Part shown: piece by piece, positions 46,352 to 60,523 of the stretch
How the letters are laid out: the number at the start of each line of letters is the position of its first letter
Position numbering within the stretch: position 1 is the stretch's first letter
Source: Lepidodermella squamata
Taxonomy: Eukaryota; Animalia; Gastrotricha
DNA: 64,000 nucleotides
Reading direction: 5' to 3'
NCBI GenBank assembly: GCA_047495785.1
Contig: JBLDXI010000024.1
Location: 2,480,001-2,544,000 of the forward strand
Notes under the pieces: model-generated
What the model was told of the DNA's origin: nothing
The model's input: only the letters and a program-made list of their open reading frames with translations
The model's database searches: none
Translations under genes and position numbers: made by a program

Positions 46352-49300
46352 ATGGATGCAATAAAATCAGCACTCATCTTCTGCATTTTCATCATTTCAA
46401 AAGGTAACCATATACTCTAACCTCTCGAGATTATTGCCAAAGTAATTTTATCTTTCATGAAAGCTGGAGCTGATTGCGGACTTGGCTGCAAAAATGATGG
46501 AATATGCGTTGCTAGTATGCGAAGATGAAAGCTGAACTAACGTTCTAAAATTCGGTTATTTTTAAATTTAAGATCAGTCCTGCAGTTGCCCCAACTCATG
46601 GACCGGCGATTGCACCAGAGGTAAGTTTCTTATGTTCTGCTATTATCCATATTAAAAATGCTGATGTAGTGGACAGCTTCGTTTACCCTGGAAATGAATT
46701 TTCGAGACCTCTGATCGAATGGACTGCGCGTAAGGATAAAGATGCGAACTGGTTGTGATTCATCATTCACAATTTATTCTAGAAGAATTGGACAACCAAT
46801 TGAACCCAGATCCGGACGAAATACCAGATGGCTTTGTCGAGCAAAGTTCGTCAAAATGAACATGGTTTATAGTAATTTAATTGATAATTTGTTCCAGCCC
46901 AAGATCCTACGAGTTGTTGCCCATGTGGTTCTTTTATTCAAAACAATCGCTGCTATTTTGTGGCCACCCAAGATTCGCTAGAGTAAAATTAATCGGTCCT
47001 GAACTGAAATCCAGTTCAAATTTTATTTTTAGCTCATCTTCAATACAAACTTGCTCGAAACTTGGCGGAACCTTGGCTACTTTTGAACAAAACAATGTTA
47101 CCTCGTTCCTATCCTGGCTGGCCTTGAATGACGATTACGAAGCCTCAGACTGTTTGATAGTCGGAATTCATCAATCATCTAAAGACTCGGCCTGGTATTG
47201 GAATGTTGATCCTCCGATCAAAGTGACTTCCTACCTGGCCCCTTTGGATTCATCTGAAAGAACATGGCCCTGTGTCGTCCGGGTATAGGAAGGTTCCAAT
47301 GCCTGAACTACTGAAATTTTTCATATTTTCTAGGATAAATCTGCGAACATGATCGCCATGACTGACGATGCAAGTCAAGCGATTTGCATGATAACTGATC
47401 CATGTAAAAGAGCCTGCAAATCAACTGATCTGTCAACCAATTCTCAGGAAGGTTTCAAGCTGAACGATCGATGCACATCATTCAGCAATCAGCCAGTTGA
47501 GCAGCGCGAAGCTAGCCAGACGTGTCGATACCAAGGCGGATTTCTGTCCACATATCGTTACGAATATGACGCTGGCTTATTTTACGAATCTTTACCATGG
47601 AAAGATTCTGTTGTGACTATTCAAACTGGGCTATGGACAGGCCTGAACCACCTTAAAAGTTCGAAATTTTGTCTATAAATTTCCAAAAATAATAGAAATA
47701 TACTTTTAAGGTGGCTACAAGTGGAATTCGACAAATATGCCTCTTGAATATCCTTTTCATACGAACTGGAATGCCTTTGAAGGAGCTCCAAGGGACCCTG
47801 ATACGAACCTGTGCACGGCTATTGGAGAGAACGGATGGATTGATTCGAAATGTGACTCGACGTTTCTGTATGGCTGTGAATCTGGGTTGCAAAGTTACAC
47901 GTATTCGCCAGCCAATCTTACATGTCCCCAGGTTCGATGTAAAATTTGCCAAAACATAATTGTAATAAGGCTTTTTGACAGAATGGTTGTTGCCCTTGTG
48001 ATTGGATTCCCTGGATCTCCGCGAATGGAACCGAGTTTTGTTTCAAATTTTTCGAGATCTCAAAAACTTGGTCCGAATCTCAATTCTCATGCCACGCAGC
48101 TGGTTCGTACCTTGTCACACCGGACTTCGATGCGAAAGCTCAATTCCTTCTCAATTTACCACAATTCATCTCGAATTCGTATTGGATATCTCTCTCCCAG
48201 AGTAAAATTGTTGATGAATGCTGAATGATGATTATTAAAATCTAATCTATCGCAGATTCCCGAAAAGTTTGGAGGCGGCCCCAGGGTTCATACTTCACTG
48301 AAAATTCGATAAGCGCGAGCCAATCAACGAATATGATCGAATGGCTTGGGGGAGTTCTTGGAAAATCAGACGGAAAGATTCATTTTATTCAAGACCTCAA
48401 CTATGAGGTGATTCAACGCGGAAGTTATCAGTTCAATGTCTCGAAGCCAGTAATGACTAACCCTTACATTTGCGAGATGATGGTGTCTACTTCAAACAAT
48501 GGCCAGTGTCTGAGCTGCAAGAGAAGCGTCTCGAACAGCTTACTATTACCGAATCCTATTCGAGTTTCCCCCGACAAATGCATTTGGCTTTTCAGTGAGG
48601 CTGGATTTAAGGCTGAGAATGATCAATTTTGCGCGCTGAATAGAATGGAACCTGTCAATCTACAGGAATCTTACGAAAATCAGCTGGTTCAGAGTGTTCT
48701 AAAATCAGTGAATATATCGATTTGGATAGATCTAGTCAATTCCGCCGTTAAAAGTGAGTTTCGATTCCTTTCAAGTTTTCAGAGTGACTAAATATTATTT
48801 TCAAGCTGATTACGTTTGGGACGGCGAGCCGTCAAATTTCACGCGATTTTCCTGTCCTAGTAACAATTCATGGCATTACCCATGCAGCTATCTCAATTCA
48901 TCAGGTTCAATCAACTGTGACAATTGTGCAACGAAGCGTCACTTCACCTGTACCCTACCTTCGGCAAGAACCTGTTCCGACCTATGCCTGGTAGGGTTCG
49001 ACCCGGTATCAGGGTCTTGTATTAAAGTGGTGCCGACCCAATTCGTGACTCCAACTCTAGCTCGGCAGTTCTGCTTGAATGAACACGAAACCTACAACCT
49101 TGCCACCTTAACAACAGTAGATAAAATCGCTGAACTTGAAATCCTGTTGAAATCGAGAAATGTTGAACCCGGTGCCAAGTTTTGGATAGGCCACTTCAAT
49201 TTATCGTTCTGGCAAACAGATTCGGGTGAAGAGATAGCTGATTTCAGCCGATGGTCGAATGTCCCTCAAGTCGGGTCAAATTTCGGTCTAGCAACCTGGA

Positions 49301-52300
49301 ACGGCTCAAATCTGATCCTAAGTTCGGTCTCAAGTGGTATCGCCGGGGTTTTCTGTGAACGACCCAGCCCATGTTTGAGATGCCGTCATGGTTGGACATT
49401 TTTCAACGGAAAATGTTACCTGGTCAATGAATTTGAACCCGAAACTTCTTATCACCGCCAACTGCAAGGCTATTGTGACTATTTTGGGCAATCAAGTCTA
49501 ATCACCTTGGAAACTGCTATCGAACAAAGTTTTGTCAGCTTTCTTGCCCGAAATCAAACAATTCCCCTCAATTTATACCGGAGAGAGACATTTTCAGCCC
49601 TTTCGATATCAGGGCCTTTTGAGTGGGGCTATGGAGCCACCTTAAACCAGCAGCGAAACACATTTTGGGCCTCTGACCAACCAAATGACGGCGATGGCTC
49701 TCAGGTTATCGTAGCAATGTACAGTGACTCAACCTGGTTCGACACCTGGCCCGGCTACGACGGTTTCACAGCTGTTGTATGCGAAAGCCCGGCATTTGTG
49801 ACCACCCTGCAGTGTCCGAACAAAAAATCCTCGACTGGTTTTGAAAATTTAGTCGATTCGATCTACCTTAATAGCTCGACCTTAACTGCTTCATCGTCCG
49901 ACCCGGCTTACCCGGTCGCAAATCTACTGACTGGCTCGTTTTGGGCCCCGGCTACAACGGCTAATTCTTGGCTAAATATTGACCTGAGACCGAATGGAAA
50001 ATTCATTAGAGCAATTTCAACGAAAGGTTCAAGTTCAGGATTTGTGACGAACTACAAGCTCAGCTTCACCTCCACATCGATTTCGTCCTCTTTCTCTTAT
50101 TTCATGACACCGAAACTAGCGTCTCGTTTCGGGAAATCGGCTCCAATATTGCTTGCTGGTAATGCCATCGGAAATTTGTGGGCCTCGCAAAATTTTTACA
50201 ATCGCCTTATCGCTTTCCAACTTAAAATGGAAATCGCTTCATTCAATGCCGTGCCTTATGTTCAAATCAAAATTGTCGGCGGTAATTTGACCTCAAATCT
50301 CTCGGCTGCTGATTTCAGCGAATGTTGGATTGAGATTTTTGACGGATATAGCGGGGTAGAATACCCATTTTGGGTCAACACCGCCTCGGCTGATTCATCC
50401 TTATCATCCGATCATCGAGCTATAGCAGCTTTGACTCAATTTAAAGATGGAGAAGTGCCGCCGGATAGTTTGAATCGACCCCTCGGCTGGACACCGGGCA
50501 TTGTCGACAGCGCGAATTGGTGGCGAGTTGATTTTGCAACGCTGAGATTGATAACCGGCTTAGTCATGGCTGGCGATAGCTTGTCGAATTTCATCACTAG
50601 TTACTACGTCACATGGTCGCATACTGGCTATGATTACGCGTTCTCCTACTATCAAAACTCTGATGGCAGCAATAAGGTTGACCTGATTTGAATTAAATGA
50701 AATTGGCATTAGTGCGCGCACGTGATTTATGAGTGTCTAATTTGATTGGCTGGCGCTAAAAATGCGCGCACGCTGATTGGCCAGCATTTTCTTTTGCGCG
50801 CGCACACGTTTCACGTCCTATTAACCGCGTCCTACTTACGAACTTCAGTCAGTCAAGTATGCAAACCATTCAAGAAAATTTAAATAATTTATTTGCTCGG
50901 TTTTTCTTCGAGGAACGTCAATTTCTTTAATATTAATAGCCTTTTAAATTATTAATTATGTTTTGTTAGCTTTTTGCCGGTCCTTACGACGCGACTCTGC
51001 CTACACAGCAAACATTCTGCCCGCCTATGAAAGCAAAAGCCGTCAAAATATTGCCCAACACTCACTCTTCAAGCCCGGGTCTCGTCGTCTCTCTGTTCGG
51101 CTGCACTGCGCGCCGGCGGCGTTGTGAGTCTTCAAGACTATTTGATCATAAAACATTAATGGTTTTCCCGCTAGGTATTGATTGTTGCGACGATGCAGGC
51201 ATTTGTGCTTGCCATTGCCCCGCTGGTTGGACAGGAACGACATGTGAAATGCCGATTTCTGAAATATACAACAAAATTACTGAAAAGCCAGGTTACATTC
51301 CGAAATAAGAGAAAAATGGAAATGAAATATTTTAAGGAGGATTTTTATTTAATTGTTTATAGTTTGCTCGGAAGAACTTCTTCAGTATTTGCCGGAATGG
51401 GGAGGTTCAATGACAGCGTCTTCAAATGCAGACCAAGCCTATCTCGCTGCCGGGTTCTCTGCCGGGACATTTTGGTCACCCTCATTAACCGACCTCGCCC
51501 CTTACCTACAAATCAATTTCAACCGCGAAGTTCATATTTCGGCCATCAAAATTGCTGGCTCATCAGGGGCCTGGGTGTCTCAATACGCAATTTCGTTCAG
51601 AACCCGATTCGCGTTTTACTACCCGATCCTTACCAATCAATCGAACCCTGCCAGCTCGGAATTTTCATCAAATGGAGCTAGGGATGACGATGAAAATAAC
51701 TTTGCGACTAATTACTTTTGCCCAACTATCAAAACTGATTCGATCAAGTTGAAGCCATTTGCTTTCGTCGGATCTCCGCCGCGTATCAGGCTGATAATCG
51801 CAGGGTGTCTAACTCACACAGGTTGCGGATCATGCTGCACGAGTCAGGGCGGCTGTCAGTGCAAATGCGCGATTGGCTACGGCGGGGTAGATTGTTCGAA
51901 ATGGATTCTAGCCCCGATTGATTGCGAAGATGTCGCAATGCGACCGCCGGCTAAAAGTGGAATCTATACCTTATCCCCGCCTCTGGCCAACCCCTTTCCA
52001 GCTTATTGTGAGATGGACCTATTAGGAGGCGGCTGGACTGTTTTCCTTAATCGCCTTAGTAGCGATTTAATCGATTTCCACCGAACTTGGGTTGAATATC
52101 GGAACGGCTTCGGAAATCTTTCTTCAGCCTTCTGGCTTGGCAATGAGCCGATTTACAAGATGACAAAACAAATATTCCACACTTATAACTTGGCGGTATT
52201 TCTCGAAGCCAATGATAGTCAGCATTCAGTTGCGCTGTTTGAGAACTTCAATTTGGAGAACGAAGCGTCGCGTTACATGTTGAAAATTGCCAAGCCGTTC

Positions 52301-55300
52301 TTCAGTAATTCTGGGGCGAGTTTGATGTCGCATGTTGGATTCAGGTTTTACACGAAAGATCGAGATACATCGGCGAACTGTTCGAAGGTTTATACGGGTG
52401 GATGGTGGTACTTCACCAATGCTGAATGCTACCGTGCGAAATTAACAGGGTCAGTGAAAATTATTGAAAATCGAAAATTTCAAAATTTAATTCAATTTTA
52501 ATTTTGAAATTTGATTTTTGATAAAATTGGAAAATTCAAAATTTATTTCAATTTCAAATTTCAAATTTCACAAATTTCACAAATTAAAATAAAAAAATGT
52601 GGGTTTAAAAAATTTAAAGTTCACAATTTAAGTTGTGTTTCTGTTGCTCGCTGTAGAATGCAACTTCTGAATTCTTCGACCAAGGGAATCATATCCCGAG
52701 ATTTTCGAGATTTCCAACCACTATCTATCGCTAAAATGATGCTGAGAAGATCGAATCCGACAACTGAGCTACCTTTGAAACGCCCTTCAAATGCCTTCCC
52801 AGTTGATTGCCAAGATATTTTGAATTCAAATCCATCTGCTTCGAATGGAATTTATCAAATTTATCCAGTTGGAACTGTCAATTCTATCGATGTTTACTGC
52901 GATATGGCAGCCTTAGGTGGGGGCTGGATTGTGATTCAGCGACGAATTTTCGAAAATCCCAATGAAGACTTCAACAAAACTTGGGCAGAATACGAAAATG
53001 GCTTTGGGTCGATTAGCGGATCATTCTATCTTGGAAATTCAAAAATCTTTGACCTAACTTCCTCAGCAAGTGGGAGCGTTACTTATCAATTAGCTGTCAA
53101 ACTTGAAAGACAAAGTGGGGAGAAAATCGCAAATATTTACTCGAAATTTCGACTGGGAAATCGCCAAAATTACTCAATTGAAATATCAGGGTTTCAGAAC
53201 TTTTCAAATATCGCTGGAGATGGCTTATCTGAATTGAACGGATCAGCTTTCGAAACCTGGGATAAAGGTGGCAATTGCGCAAAAATTCGATCAGGCGGCT
53301 GGTGGTTCCGCTCTGGATCTAACTCCTGCTCGAATTCAAACTTGAACGGTGACTTTGAGGCTACTACGGCGACGAATGGCATGTTATGGCCGGGGATAAC
53401 AGGAAATTATCAAGCTTACCGATCTGTGACAATGATGATAAAGCCTTCGAGTATGAAGCTTTCTTAAAATACAATAAATAAGGGACATTTCTATTCCATA
53501 GGTCTAGTCAAGCCTATAGATTGCAGCCAGATATTGGAAACGTGTCCCGGCAGCATTTCAGTGGCATATTGGATTTTCCCTTTTGGTACTCGGCCTATTC
53601 AAACCTACTGCGATATGACAAGCAACATCGGAAGCCTGGGAAAAGGCTGGACGGTAAGGTCAGGTTTCTTCATTCTTCGAGAGACACTTAATCAGGAAAT
53701 TTTAGACTATTGTTCGAAGCAATAGTAGCTTCAGAAAAACTTGGTTAGATTTCGAAACAGGTTTCTCGGACCTTCTTATCGATAATCAGGGAAATTTGTG
53801 GCTTGGAAATTTGAATCTTCATACAATCACCAAGTACTCGAGTTATTCCCTGCTAATTCGAGTCAAAGATCTTGCCAATACGCTGAAATCAGTTGTGTAC
53901 TCGAATTTCGCTGTAGCTGGTTCAAATCGGAAATATTTGATCACTGTATCAAACTTTACGGATATCGGAGCCGGAGATTTGTTGAGTGGAGTTGACCAGC
54001 AACCATTTTCAGCTTTCGATCAACCATCTTTCGAGTGTTACTTACTGAAAAATCTTCAAGGTGGTTGGTGGTTTGATCAAAACTGCACAAATTCGAGTCC
54101 CATGAGCGGTATTCCAAGTCTATATCTATCTATTGAAATGCTAATCAAGCGAACAAGTAATAAATTGAAAAAATTCTGTGAAGCCAATTATTTAATTTGA
54201 CTTTTAGACACTCTGTCCTTTGATAAATTTACGGGGCAATCCATCGATTCTACTGAACTTTTATCATCACCTATTCGGTTGATTGAGAACAAGTGTAGAG
54301 AAGGCTATTCGAAAAGTTCCGGCGATTCCCTCCAACTAAGCGACTTGAATTTTGTCGGAAAATGGCTTTGGGAACCTTTGGAATGTGAAGGTAAGGACTT
54401 CATCATAACTCATTTCATTTTTCACGGAAACTTTTCCAGCCTCTTGTTACAGTATTGGCGATTGTGCAAATAATGGAACCTGTTTGAAGCCTAATCAGTG
54501 CGTTTGCCCGTCTGGTTGGGCTGGATCGAATTGTTCGATTCCTAGCTGTCTCATGATCGGAAACTGTCAGAATGCAGGCACATGCAATGGCCCTAATAAC
54601 TGCTCATGTACAGCTGACTGGATCGGAACAAACTGCTCCGAACCTAACTGCAACGGCATTGGTGGTTGTAACAACAACGGGACCTGTATCTCTCCAAACC
54701 ATTGCCTTTGCCCTCAAGGCTGGTCAGGGTCCAATTGCTCGATAGGTGAATTTTATAAGTACCTCAACATTGGATGATCTGTCATTTTTTAATTATTTTT
54801 TCAGCTAATTGTACAACCATTGGGGATTGCCAAAATGGGGGATTTTGTGCGAAGCCGGATTCCTGTGAATGTTCAGACGGCTGGTTTGGTCTCAACTGCC
54901 AGCTTGCGAATTGTTCTGGTATCGGAACTTGCCTTAATGGCGGCAACTGTACGGCACCAAATACTTGTGAATGCCCAGAAGGTTGGTTAGGTCCTAATTG
55001 TGGCGAAGCTGATTGTTCAAACATCGGAAATTGCCAAAATGGAGGTAGTTGTATCGGCCCATCGTCCTGCCAATGCCCGAGTCACTCAACCGGAACGAAT
55101 TGTTCGATTTTGATTGAAACTACTACTACTTCTACAACTGATACTACTACTACCACTACTACAACTACTACTGCTGCTGCTACTACTACTGAGCCTACAA
55201 CCTTCCCTGTAACTTCAACCATAGGTTACGGGACTACTTTGGCTTCAGCTAATACTACTGAATCGACGCTTGGAACTCCACCTAATTTTAGCCTCGAATT

Positions 55301-58300
55301 AAGCACTCAGATTGCTTCAAGTGGAGCGACTGCTGCTCACATTGTTCCGACTACCCCGCCGGCCTCTAGTTCCATCAAGAGGAATCCTGTTCTAACAATG
55401 AAAGAGGCCATTGCTTTATCCGATCTGAACTTCAGCGATTCAATCGATGCTATCAATTCAATGGTCGCCTCGACATCAAAGCAAATTCTAATCAAACCAG
55501 CTACATCCTCAGATTTGATTAAATCGATGGTAAGCTTTTCTGATATGATATCAGAATTTTAGGTGGATAGGTAATTTTTCAGGTCGAATTCATGGCAGAG
55601 CTTAGCAAGATATCATATCGAGCCCTTCAACTTACAAATGACTATTCTGAAGCTCAGGCGAAAAATATCACTGAAGGTACTTTCAACCGTCCTAATTTTA
55701 AAATTATATCCTAATTTCTTTAGGATACCTATCTGCTGCGGATGAAGTAATGGCTATTGCATGCAATGGAACGAGCTTCGAATCTGCTACAGTTGGAATT
55801 GGAATCCCGAAGAATTGCGTCAAACCTGAACCTCTTGACGAGCTGGAGAGTGTAGCCCTAAAGCTCACCCTTTCACAGTCCGATGCTTTGAACTCAAATT
55901 TAACCGCCATTGTCGAGAATTTGTCGAATCTCCTACGTCCTAAGCTTTCCATTGGCCAAAGTTTCGAGTTCAATGGGAAATTCATGTCAGCTTCGATAAG
56001 GTCCATTAGCTTGAAAGCAGTTCCCGGGCTTCGTATTCAGACGAATCTTGTCGGGGTTGAGTTTCCGATGATTCAAGGTCCGTTATTTCTGATAACTGCC
56101 CAACAAAGGTCATCAATGAGTTCTGAATCTAAGGTTACCGTAATTCTGGTCGGATTTATTGCTAATGTCCTCCAGACCACTAATCCTTTCAACTTGCCCA
56201 CGATATCGGTAAAGATTCTGAATGAAAATGGAACCAAATTAATCCTGAACCCAATCAAACCAATTCGATTGATTGGAAGGCCTGATATGAGAAAAGCTCG
56301 CTCGTTGTCATCGGAGGTTATCGAAGCTCAGTGTGACATTAGCACCGTGAAATGTGACCTTGAAACAAATGCTGATCGCTTGGCTCTGTTGACTACGTTT
56401 CAAATTTTGCCAAAATACGGCGATTTTCTGCTGAACTTTCCAAGAAGTGATCTGGCTTACGAGGTTTACCTATCTTTCCGGATAGTTCCAACTCCGCGGA
56501 ATTTCAGCTGGAAGTTTCGGGTAGAAAAGTCCAACTTCTCTGCGATATCTATGAATCTGACCCATGAAAATCCGATTTCGAGTTACGAGAATTCTACTGG
56601 AAAGTTTCGCCTGCTATTCCAACGATCGATTTTCGAAAAGCTCTCAAAATCGATTTTGAAACTCTACGTGGTCACGAAACCTGTCTTGACCCAATTTTCG
56701 CCAATCGACGACCTTCCAAGCTCAGCTTGTCGACCAATCAGTTGCTATGGATTTCATGTGAAAATCAACCAAGCTGTAATACCTGATGATCTTCGGCGTA
56801 AACGAGAGGTTGACCTATCATCAGATGCTTCGAAAGAAGGCTTCGAGCTGGAACCTAACTCTTCAGAATCGGAGATAGCCTTCAAATCGAAATATTTCGG
56901 CGATTTCGGAATGGACCTAGTCATTTTGCCGAATACTATCGAATTTTCTTATGTTTTCGCAAATTTCACATCATTGGTCGCCAATAATTATGCAGTTCTT
57001 GCTGCTCAAGTAACGGCCGTCGCTTTCTTCATCATTGCAGTTGGATTCACGATAAAGTTCGATAAAGCTGATCTGAAAGCGGTAATTTCAAGCTGTATTC
57101 CGATGTCCACGCCATTATTTTTTATTTTTAGTGGGCTTTTCTACCACTGAAAGGGAATCTAGCGAGCCACACAGCGAAGTACCTGGTTTCAATTACTCAT
57201 TATGGGGTCAAGAAATATCATCTCAAGCCAACAATTTGTTTGAGAATAGTTGGAGATACTCACGAGACGAAATGGTTGGTACTTGATGACGGTGAACGGA
57301 AGGTTGGAAGAATTAATTTCCAATTATTTTTGTAAAGCTGATTTCTTTTAAGAATTTCGATGGAAAAAGACCGGCAAATTTTGCTGTTACGAGCTTGCTG
57401 AATTTAGGCCGGCTTGAGAGTTCAGAAATTACCTTGATCGAACCTGCGAATCAAGATGGGATGAAAGATCGATTTGAGATGGTTCTTGATAGAATTATCA
57501 TCCTAGATACGCAAACTGGCGATAAGTAAGGAATACAGAATTTCGAATAACCCAAGCCTTACTCATTTATTAAAATTTCAGGTTCACTTTTTTAGGAAAT
57601 CGACGTCTCAAAACTGGGGATTCCGTCACCTTGTCACTTGCTAAGGAGGATGAGGTTAAAGGGTTCCGATATTTGTTGATCAGCCACTCTCGGGGTGGCA
57701 TTTACGAATCTCATCCATGGCTATCTATCGCCAGTCGACCCTTGCCTAGCAACTGGACCCGAACAGAGCGTTTAGCTTGTGTTGTATCCGCCTTATATCT
57801 CGCTATGTTAGTAAACGCAATGTTCTACGGCCTCGAATCGAATTCACCAAGAGTTGGAGTGAAAGTTGGGACATTCTTCCGAATATCTTGGTTCACTCTA
57901 TGGACAAGTGTCATCGGTTCAGCAATCATCATTCCGCCGACTGCGATTATGGCTTTGATTTTCAAAAGGGTGAAACGACGATCGGCTGAGCTCAGCGAAT
58001 GGGAAACTGCTTTGAAGCTGAACTTGGAAAAGTGCCAAAAAGCAGATCCTGAAGCTAAGAAGAAACCATTCCAACTACCTTGGCCTTGCGTTTTCATCGG
58101 ATGGTTTCGTAAGTTCCTTTCTAAACTACTAAATACTAAATATTTCATTACTATGGAATTTAGTCGTCGGTTTTTGTATCACGGTCTCTTGCGTATTCAT
58201 AACACTGTACAGCTTATCATGGGGGAAGGAGAAGTCTCTTCAGTGGCTCACTGGAATCGTCATACACGTCATTCAAGACATCATCCTAATTCAATCAATC

Positions 58301-60523
58301 AAAGTTGGCTTCCTATCTCTGTTCAGCTCCGGTCTTCTCAAACTACCAGATGATGGCTTGAATGTTGGGAAGCAAGTGTTTTCTGAGAGCAGCGATAAAC
58401 CTCGGACTGAACTGTTCCTGCGATGCCGAGGGATGTTCTTAGGGCTGTTTCACCACTTTCTTCTGGTTACAGCTTTCGCTTTGGTCATCAACACAATTCA
58501 AAATCCTTACGCCAATCTCCAAGTGAAAGCCCTTCAACCAATTCTTAAAGTCAAAGGCGTGAAGATGTTTGACGATGTGGTAAGGGTTCAGTATCTAATA
58601 TCATGCTACACCTCTTCCATTGAATCCCCCGCTATAGATATTAGATCATGGACAGATATTTGACTGGCTCAACTCTACTTTGCTACCAAACTTAACAGAT
58701 GGCAATCAACTCGCTTACGGGGGCGCTTTCAGAAGTAGGCACCGATGAAGATGTTACTTTTAGTTTTTAGTTTGGATTTCGGTCTATTTTTAGGGCGGAA
58801 CTTTTACAAAATATGGAATCACGAGGTAGCTCTATTGGGCCCTATCCGACTTCGACAACAGCGACTACGAAATGGTTTGTAAAACTTCATCATCATAGCC
58901 AATCTATCTCAACTTTAATTTTAATAATTCATAGCAACCTGTCCAGTCCTCGAATCGGTCAATAAAAAAGCCATTCCAAAAAATCTAATGAACATATTGG
59001 CTTCTGAGACGAAGTGCCACGCTGCAAGACAAGGAAGTAACCAAGCCTTGGAAAGAGGATCCTATCAATCGAGCTGGTCTGCCCCCAGCTCGAAAGATTT
59101 CACCTTTCTGAAGCAAAACCTCTCAATCGAAGAGGCGCCTTGGGTCTACAGAGGAGCCGAGGGAATTCCATACATGGGGCAAGAATCTGACTATTCCACC
59201 GGCGGTTACTACATCGATTTACCATTCAAGCTGTCAGATGCAAGAGCGGTGGTTCAAAGTCTAAAGAAGTCACGTTGGATCGATGAGATGACGTTGGCCG
59301 TTTTTATCGATTTGGTAGTGTACAACGCTCAGACAAATTTATTCGTCACGGTGAAGGTGGCTTTCGAGGCCTTAGAAACCGGTGGCATGACGTATCACAC
59401 GAGAATCAGTCCTTTGAATATGTACGTATATTCAGGCGCTAGTTCCTTGCCAGCTTTTGTAATACAAGGGCTGTGGATCGTGGTCCTCATGGCTACGATT
59501 GGTAAATTGGCTTACAAAATCAAAAAGCAAGGCCTCTCGAACTTCAAGAACGATGGTTGGAACTTGCTTGAAGTCTGTCAGGTTGTCATCTCACTGTTAA
59601 TTGTCGCTCTCTTCGCTGCTAGACTTGAGATCATCATAAAAACCATTACGAAATATCAAAATGACAAGTCCAGTTTCCTGAACTTGGATCTTTTAGCCAA
59701 TTGGGAGGAATTGATGGCCAATCTGTATGGCATCGCGTTTTTTCTCACTATGATGCTATTTTTCCGGCATTTAACCTCCAACAAACATTGGGCTATCGTT
59801 GTCGGGACTCTGTCAAAAGGGAAACAAGATTTGATCTCATTCATGGGCATTTTTCTTACTTTGACTCTGATATTTTCCACGGTCGGGTATTTGGCGATTG
59901 GGTCGAGGTTGGTGGAATTTAAATCTTTCACAGCTTCAGTACTGACACTGCTTCAAAACACGCTGGGAGTTTCGAGGGAATTATTGGGCCTTGGAGCTAC
60001 TTCTCGTTTTGTTTTGATTTTCAGCCTAGGCTACTCATCCCTTGTCATGTTTTTGTCAGTTCAAATGTTCATGACCATCATTGCGGTAACATATGGGTTG
60101 GTGGGCAGTGACATTGAGACATATACAGAGTGGGATGAAGAGCTAGCAAACTACATGTCTGAAGAGTGGTCTGAATTCAAGAAAGGATTCAACCGGACCG
60201 AATCAAAGGTTCATGAAGAAATAGATCGTAAAGAATCGGGTGACACATTCCATCGGCTGGATAAAGTCGTGGATCGATTGGTCAACTCTGAAACTAAGGA
60301 ATGTGCGAAGAACGAGCGATTTGTCAAGGCGATGGAGGAACAGGTTGTTGTCAAGCCGAAAGTAGGCTCGAAAGATGGAAATTTCTTCGGCCAAACGTAT
60401 GCGTGGACGACACAGCGAATAACAAATGCCGTTCTCGTCAAAAAGTCCATATACAGAACCCATCAAAAACTGGAACTACGCAAATCAGTCTATTCGGATG
60501 TTCTGTCTCCTTATCAAGCCTGA
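46352..60523 (+). CDS. Giant polycystin-1-like (PKD1L/REJ-type) receptor-channel, ~30 exons, roughly 4,000 aa: SP-EGF-6xCTL-2xF5/8C-EGF-F5/8C-EGF-3xFReD-6xEGF-Thr-rich stalk-GAIN/GPS-like-TM-PLAT-TMs-TOP-channel
   Basis: The reading frame was followed by eye across consecutive GT-AG introns with no stop. Polycystin hallmarks include PNTIEF before TM1, PLAT, HPWLSI..RP..SNWTRTERL, LLGPIRLRQQR and SRWIDEMTLAVF. FReD motifs include YCEMD..GGGWT, FWLGNE and GGWW. Confidence 0.85.
55118..55190 (+). repeat. (ACT)n-rich coding microsatellite encoding a poly-Thr mucin-like stalk
   Basis: actactactact... encodes ETTTTSTTDTTTTTTTTTTAAATTT. Confidence 0.8.
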
